A stretch of 64,000 nt of DNA, from the NCBI GenBank assembly GCA_950097015.1, contig CATNEN010000026.1, forward strand, positions 1,550,001 through 1,614,000, in the 5' to 3' direction. Source of the stretch: Macrostomum hystrix. Taxonomy: Eukaryota; Animalia; Platyhelminthes. Shown here in pieces: positions 57,533 to 64,000 of this stretch. The stretch's first letter is position 1; every line of letters starts with the position of its first letter. The notes beneath the pieces are model-generated. The model had not been told where the DNA came from, did not search any database, and saw only the letters and a program-made list of their open reading frames with translations. The translations under genes were made by a program, and so were the position numbers.

Positions 57533-58643
57533 GTCATGAGTTCTGATGTCCGGTCATGAGTTCTGATGTCCGGTCATGAGTTCTGATGTCCGGTCATGAG
57601 TTCTGATGTCCGGTCATGAGTTCTGATGTCCGGTCATGAGTTCTGATGTCCGGTCATGAATTCTGATGTCCGCTCATGAGTTCTGATGTCCGGTCATGAG
57701 TTCTGATGTCCGGTCATGAGTTCTGATGTCTAATCATGAGTTCTGATGTCCGGTCATGAGTTCTGGTGTCCAGTCATGAGTTCTGGTGTCCGGTCATGAG
57801 TTCTGATATCCAATCATGAGTTCTGATGTCTAATCATGAGTTCTGGTGTCTAATCATGAGTTCTGATGTCCAATCATAAGTTCTGGTGTCCGGTCATGAG
57901 TTCTGATGTCTAATCATGAGTTCTGATGTCTAATCATGAGTTCTGATGTCCGGACATGAGTTCTGATGTCTAATCATGAGTTCTGATGTCTAATCATGAG
58001 TTCTGATGTCCAATCATAAGTTCTGGTGTCCGGTCATGAGTTCTGATGTCTAATCATGAGTTCTGATGTCTAATCATGAGTTCTGATGTCCAATCATAAG
58101 TTCTGGTGTCCGGTCATGAGTTCTGGTGTCTAATCATGAGTTCTGATGTCTAATCATGAGTTCTGATGTCTAATCATGAGTTCTGGTGTCTAATCATGAG
58201 TTCTGGTGTCTAATCATGAGTTCTGATGTCTAATCATGAGTTCTGATGTCTAATCATGAGTTCTGATGTCTAATCATGAGTTCTGATGTCTAATCATGAG
58301 TTCTGATGTCCGGTCATGAGTTCTGATGTCCGGCCATGAGTTCTCGTGTCCGGCCATGAGTTCTGATGTCCGGCCATGAGTTCTGATGTCCGGCCATGAG
58401 TTCTGATGTCCGGTCATGAGTTCTGATGTCCGGTCATGAGTTTTGATGTCCGGTCATGAGTTTTGATGTCCGGTCATGAGTTCTGATGTCCGGTCATGAG
58501 TTCTGATGTCCGGCCATGAGTTCTGATGTCCGGTCATGAGTTTTGATGTCCGGTCATGAGTTTTGATGTCCGGTCATGAGTTCTGATGTCCGGTCATGAG
58601 TTCTGATGTCCGGTCATGAGTTCTCGTGTCCGGTCATGAGTTA
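57533..58643. repeat. 20-bp minisatellite (~55 copies) 3' of INTS15
   Basis: Unit catgagttctgatgtc(cggt/taat). Confidence 0.97.
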
Positions 58644-59094
58644 AGCTGCTGGGTGGGCTAACTTTTTGCTAGATGTTTTCTTTAGCATGTCGGCTGTGTT
58701 TGAACTTGAAAAAAGGCTTCAAGTTTAACTCCCAGCCTACATTCTATCATAGTGCTGCTTGGTCAGTGTTCAATGTGCTGTTAGTTTTAATCGGATTTGT
58801 GTATTTAATTTTGTAAAAAAATATTCGATAACCTGTTTCTCATTTTTAAATCGCTTTGCATTACTAGCCGTTCTAATTACTCTCCCTGTGTAACGCATAG
58901 TTAAAGTTTAGTTTTCTATTTATATTTTTGCATGTACTTTCTCATCTGTTTGTTCTGGATGTGACTAAGTTGAAATAGAATTAAATTGGTGGGTAATATA
59001 ACGACGTGTAAAAGAATGCATTTCTTTGTTCTGTTCTGTCAATTAAATTATTGTCTGCCTTACTTTTCATTTTTTCTTGTGAACTCCTTTCCCC

Positions 59095-59345
59095 GTTCCA
59101 GTGATACTTCAGTGCGTCAACCATCTCCATTCCAGTGATACTTCAGTGCGTCAACCATCTCCATTCCAGTGATACTTCAGTGCGTCAACCATCTCCATTC
59201 CAGTGATACTTCAGTGCGTCAACCATCTCCATTCCACTGATACTTCAGTGCGTCAACCATCTCCATTCCAGTGATACTTCAGTGCGTCAACCATCTCCAT
59301 TCCAGTGATACTTCAGTGCGTCAACCATCTCCATTCCAGTGATAT
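59095..59345. repeat. 34-bp tandem repeat (~7 near-identical copies)
   Basis: Unit ttccagtgatacttcagtgcgtcaaccatctcca. Confidence 0.95.
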
Positions 59346-59399
59346 TTTGCATCAACCATTTCTTGTTTTTCTGTTTCTATGTATTTTATTATTTTTTTT

Positions 59400-60500
59400 T
59401 GGTCTTGGCAGTTGGGTAGTTACCAGATTGTCTATCTGACCTGCTGATATTCAGTTTTTAGGCAAGTCTTGCTGTCTCGTCTATTCTGTCTCAAGAAACA
59501 GCCGGTTATATTGGAAAATCAATTTGACATTTTGAAACACTTTCAACCAACATTGTTGAATTGTTAGGCTGCGTCTGAAAACAGTTTCAAATCATTTTGG
59601 TCCAAGAATCGATACATACTACTGTGAGTGTTGACAGCAACATATGCCCAGCCCATCTGTTTGCAAGTGATTGATTTCTTCAGAGGGTGTAGCGCGCATT
59701 TCATTGGAGCACAGCCCATTGGCTTGGCTTGAGCACTTGCAAGTTTCCTATACGATAAATACGACCAGGGTGGATTGAGTCAGAAATTTAGTTTCCTATA
59801 ATCTTCACTGTCAGGGATTTTAATAGAATCCCTAAGTCTCACATATTTAACTTGTTTAATATCCTGGAGAGTTTTTCGGCACCGTTTTTACTGTCGGGTG
59901 AGTTGTAAGATTAATTTGAGTAAGTCTACTAAGAATTCTGTGAGTTTGTATCGGTGTTCTCATCATCCAAGTTGCGAATTGTCTATCAGAGCATTGTGAA
60001 CTGGTGTTCTCATCTTGCTAACTGACCTTATTTTATAAGATGTAGAGTTAGCGGCATGATGTCACATGCATTATCTTTCCTGAAATTTCTTATCTTTTTG
60101 AGAAATGCATTTCAAATCGAGTCTGGCTATATCTGAAATGAAATATGTATCACAAATATAGGATGACTGAAAACTGTTGCCATATTTCGTAGCTCGCAGA
60201 GAATCGAGTCACCCGCGGCATATCCGCATAATCGAAATCCAAAAATTGTATTTGCTGAAATTTGAAACTCTGTCTTGAACACTAGGGCAACACGCACCAA
60301 TTTTGCTGCAACATTCGCTTCTCATAAGGTGTATTGAATTTCCACTAATATTAAATTCCTTATATGTAGGGCGGAGTTGGGAATCCGAATTGTTACTCAG
60401 AGTCAAATTAAGCAGCCAGAGGCCGGCTCTCTTCAATAGGAATCAACAGGCTGCGATTCTTAGAAAATCCAACTCCTATAAATGCAGCATCAAGTTAAGA
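59400..60500 (-). mobile_element. Degenerate LINE reverse-transcriptase fragment (RTE-like)
   Basis: On the minus strand, GATTTCGATTATGCGGAT (DFDYAD, cf. RTE DLDYADD) near 60230 and AGATGGGCTGGGCATATG (RWAGHM, cf. RTE LRWAGHV) near 59650. The order and spacing are as expected, with many stops and frameshifts. Confidence 0.6.
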
Positions 60501-61424
60501 AGAAATCTATTAGCTTTCTAGATGGAGCAGCGTTAATGAATAAGGTGGTAATGGTAACAATGGCCCGGAAGTGAGGGTTCTCCTGGCTGCTCCGTTCTGA
60601 GCTGAGCCGCAAAAAAACCACCTTGGTAAAATCATGATTTATGACAGTAATAAAATTGACAGTCAGTCAGTCAGTCTAATTGAGGTTATTATTGATTGCG
60701 TTGATCATTTCTCAAGCTTTCAAATCCACTCTTCTGTCGCCATCTATTTCCGATTTTTTTTCTCCCGAAAGAAATAGAAAACTGAGAAGCAACTTCGGTA
60801 AGAAAAGAGAAGATTTCTTACTCTTCTACACCCCCGGAGCGATCAATATATTAAACTGCACAAAAACTGGGAGGAAGTGAATTCTCAATACAATGCGTAG
60901 GGGCGGGAGAGGAGACGCCAATAGATAGGAGTTGGTGGATTAAGCTTAAGATTAAGCAACTGTTGATGGCTTTGAGGTGCGGATGAGAAGATGACGCGTG
61001 TCTTTTGTTCCCCACGCCTGTCAGAAAAAAATGCTTTTATGAGGCCAGTTTTACTCCATACCTTTCTGCGCTTTTCTCTCTCAAACTGGCAACAGAATTG
61101 GTGAATCGAGAGAATAAATGCTAGAATGATAAAAACTGGCATTGTGCAGGACAGCCAGGGCTCTGGGGTGTGAACGACGGGGAAAAAAAATAATTTTGTT
61201 CGACGAAAAGTCGAAGAAATCGCGTGCTTGGCCTGAGTTCAATGGAGATCCGGGATGGAGGGAAAACCTAGGGCTGCCAGAAGGCTGAGCACATGAACAC
61301 TGAATTGGGAAATGAGTCAGGTGGCAGGGATGAAGGCTTGGCTGCATCTCAGACACATTCCAGAATGGTAGTCGGCACTATTGAAAGCGTTCTGCACTGG
61401 TACTACATTTTCTTCCTCAGTCTG

Positions 61425-62515
61425 AATGTTATCCCTTCAGTCTGAATGTTATCCCTTCATTCTGAATGTTATCTCTTCATTCTGAATGTTATCCCTTCAT
61501 TCTGGATATTATCCCTTCAGTCTGAATATTATCCCTTCAGTCTGAATGTTATCCCTTCAGTCTGAATATTATCCCTTCAGTCTGAATATTATCCCTTAAG
61601 TCAGAATATTATCCCTTCATTCTGAATGTTATCCCTTCATTCTGAATATTATCCCTTAAGTCAGAATATTATCCCTTCATTCTGAATGTTATCCCTTCAT
61701 TCTGAATATTATCCCTTCAGTCTGAATATTATCCCTTCATTCTGAATATTATCCCTTCAGTCTGAATATTATCCCTTCAGTCTGAATATTATCCCTTCAG
61801 TCTGAATATTATCCCTTCAGTCTGAATATTATCCCTTCAGTCTGAATATTATCCCTTCAGTCTGAATATTATCCCTTCAGTCTGAATGTTATCCCTTCAG
61901 TCTGAATATTATCCCTTCAGTCTGAATATTATCCCTTAAGTCAGAATATTATCCCTTCAGTCTGAATGTTATCCCTTCAGTCTGAATATTATCCCTTCAG
62001 TCTGAATGTTATCCCTTCATTCTGAATATTATCCCTTAAGTCAGAATATTATCCCTTCAGTCTGAATGTTATCCCTTCAGTCTGAATATTATCCCTTCAG
62101 TCTGAATATTATCCCTTCAGTCTGAATATTATCCCTTCAGTCTGAATATTATCCCTTCAGTCTGAATATTATCCCTTCAGTCTGAATGTTATCCCTTCAG
62201 TCTGAATGTTATCCCTTCATTCTGAATGTTATCCCTTCATTCTGAATATTATCCCTTCAGTCTGAATATTATCCCTTCAGTCTGAATGTTATCCCTTCAG
62301 TCTGAATGTTATCCCTTCATTCTGAATGTTATCCCTTCATTCTGAATATTATCCCTTCAGTCTGAATATTATCCCTTCATTCTGAATGTTATCCCTTCAG
62401 TCTGAATATTATCCCTTCATTCTGAATATTATCCCTTCAGTCTGAATATTATCCCTTCAGTCTGAATGTTATCCCTTCAGTCTGAATATTATCCCTTCAG
62501 TCTGAATATTATCAG
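61425..62515. repeat. 20-bp minisatellite (~54 copies)
   Basis: Unit tctgaat(a/g)ttatcccttca(g/t). Confidence 0.97.
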
Positions 62516-63189
62516 TCTGATTAGTTCTGGACATACGATTTCTAATGTAAAGGCCAAATCTCAAATGGAACCCTCTGCAAACATGCCAGAGTGAGGACAT
62601 TGCATTAATCAGTTCAGAAAGTTGTACATGTGATTAGGCTGCCCAGAAGATGGTGGTCTGGTGTGTGTTTCCTGCTATGCGACGGAACAAAGACAAGCCC
62701 AACTCGCTATAGGTGGGTCATTGTTTAAGCTAGAGTTTGGGCCGCTTCTCAGACCACATTAATAATTTATTTATTGCTTGTCGGAGACTCCCACAGACCA
62801 CCTTGAGGCTAAAAGTTGTCTCTCTTGGATGGAAAATCTAGGAGATCTCCCTGTGCTGATCATGAACAGTTTTTTTTCCAAGTTGTATGCTTTTTACTTG
62901 CGTTTCAGGCCAGCCTCTCAACTGTATTCTCCATCCATTCCCTTTGTTCTAACTTTGTTTCCCATTCTATTGTTTCCCACCTGTTTCTGAGGCTTTTTTC
63001 TCCGGAGCTCCTGATCCTGAGACCTGGCCTGCTGTGCTCACCCAACTCCAACTTATTCGGCACTGATCTTCAGCTAAAATAGGTCCTATTTGCAGTTTCT
63101 TCCTAAATCGTGAGTTATGAAGTTCAGTTCTTTTATCCCTTTAGTGATACTTCTGGTGTCCGGTCATGGAATGGGAATGAAAAAATCTA

Positions 63190-63695
63190 ATAGAACAGAA
63201 CAGGACAGAGCAGGACAGAACAGGACAGGACAGGACAGAACAGGACAGAACAGGACAGGACAGAACAGAGCAGGATATAACAGAACAGGACAGAACAGGA
63301 CAGAACAGGACAGAACAGGACAGAACAGGACAGGACAGAACAGGACAGGACAGAACAGAACAGGACAGAACAGGACAGAACAGAACAGGACAGGACAGGA
63401 CAGAACAGGACAGGACAGGACAGAACAGAACAGGACAGGACAGGACAGAGCAGGATATAACAGAACAGGACAGAACAGGACAGAACAGGACAGAACAGGA
63501 CAGAACAGGACAGGACAGAACAGGACAGGACAGAACAGAACAGGACAGAACAGGACAGAACAGAACAGGACAGGACAGAACAGGACAGGACAGGACAGAA
63601 CAGAACAGGACAGGACAGGACAGAACAGGACAGGACAGGACAGAACAGAACAGGACAGAACAGGACAGAACAGAGCAGGACAGGACAGGACAAGT
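63190..63695. repeat. Pentanucleotide (CAGAA/CAGGA)n repeat
   Basis: Mixed cagaa/cagga units with a duplicated gcaggatataacagaa landmark. Confidence 0.95.
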
Positions 63696-64000
63696 CAGTT
63701 CCCGAATAAGAAAGCAAGATGAACAGACAGGCATTTCGGTCACAGTCGTGTGTGCAGACAATATCAGAGACCGGCCTCTCAAGAAGTCTGGAAGGCCAAG
63801 CGCAGGAGTTCAGTGTGTGGGAGGGGCCAGTCTGGGAGTCTGGTCCAGATGAAGCTGTGATATCGATAGCCTGTGTAAACTGACTAGCCGGATAGGTTTG
63901 AGTATAGAGTGGGGGCTGAATATTTGTGGCGCCGTGTGATTTCTGCGTGCAATTCCCCAGCTACACCTGGGCCAGTGGAGGCGGTGGAGCGGTGGATAGT

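Noticed and set aside
60680-60880. Neuropeptide-like ORF with a hydrophobic start and NFGKKR amidation motif
   Set aside because: TTG start directly after an in-frame TAA, with no in-phase acceptor; likely chance.
60885-61142. 85-aa minus-strand ORF with a hydrophobic N-terminus
   Set aside because: No recognisable homology or convincing downstream exon; cannot be supported.
62560-63060. Possible LINE ORF2 C-terminal fragment on the minus strand
   Set aside because: Only a vague CxC..ETPDH-like resemblance across frameshifts; insufficient evidence.

Overview
Eukaryotic (metazoan) genomic DNA with spliceosomal GT-AG introns; roughly a third of the window is tandem minisatellite. GC-rich exons, ~80-95 nt short introns, minisatellite-filled long introns and ATG-less first exons suggest a flatworm such as Macrostomum lignano (inference, not proven). 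Genes reconstructed by hand from splice sites and remembered homology: 3' part of a FARP-like RhoGEF (+); NPLOC4/Npl4 (-); SLC35B3/PAPST2 (-), carrying a same-strand nested two-exon orphan gene in intron 2; COX6C (-); a short PDZ-domain gene (+); an Ldh_2-family malate/L-lactate dehydrogenase-like gene (-); EEF1AKMT2/METTL10 (-); and INTS15/C7orf26 (+). Mobile DNA: two tRNA-derived SINE families, hAT MITEs with 8-bp TSDs carrying an internal VNTR, a CACTA-like MITE, an LTR followed by three tandem tRNA-Leu-type PBS copies, and decayed LINE fragments. Most long ORFs in the supplied track are repeat artefacts. Main leads: (i) first exons starting at phase-0 acceptors with no ATG, compatible with spliced-leader-donated initiator AUG and operon-like transcription; (ii) the nested orphan gene; (iii) different minisatellites starting just after the stop codon of most genes, one supplying the stop itself; (iv) a shared GAGGATCTGGGA core across distinct arrays; (v) clustered TAGGCCTA palindromes in 5' introns/outrons. 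All homology calls are from memory of the protein families; no database search was run.
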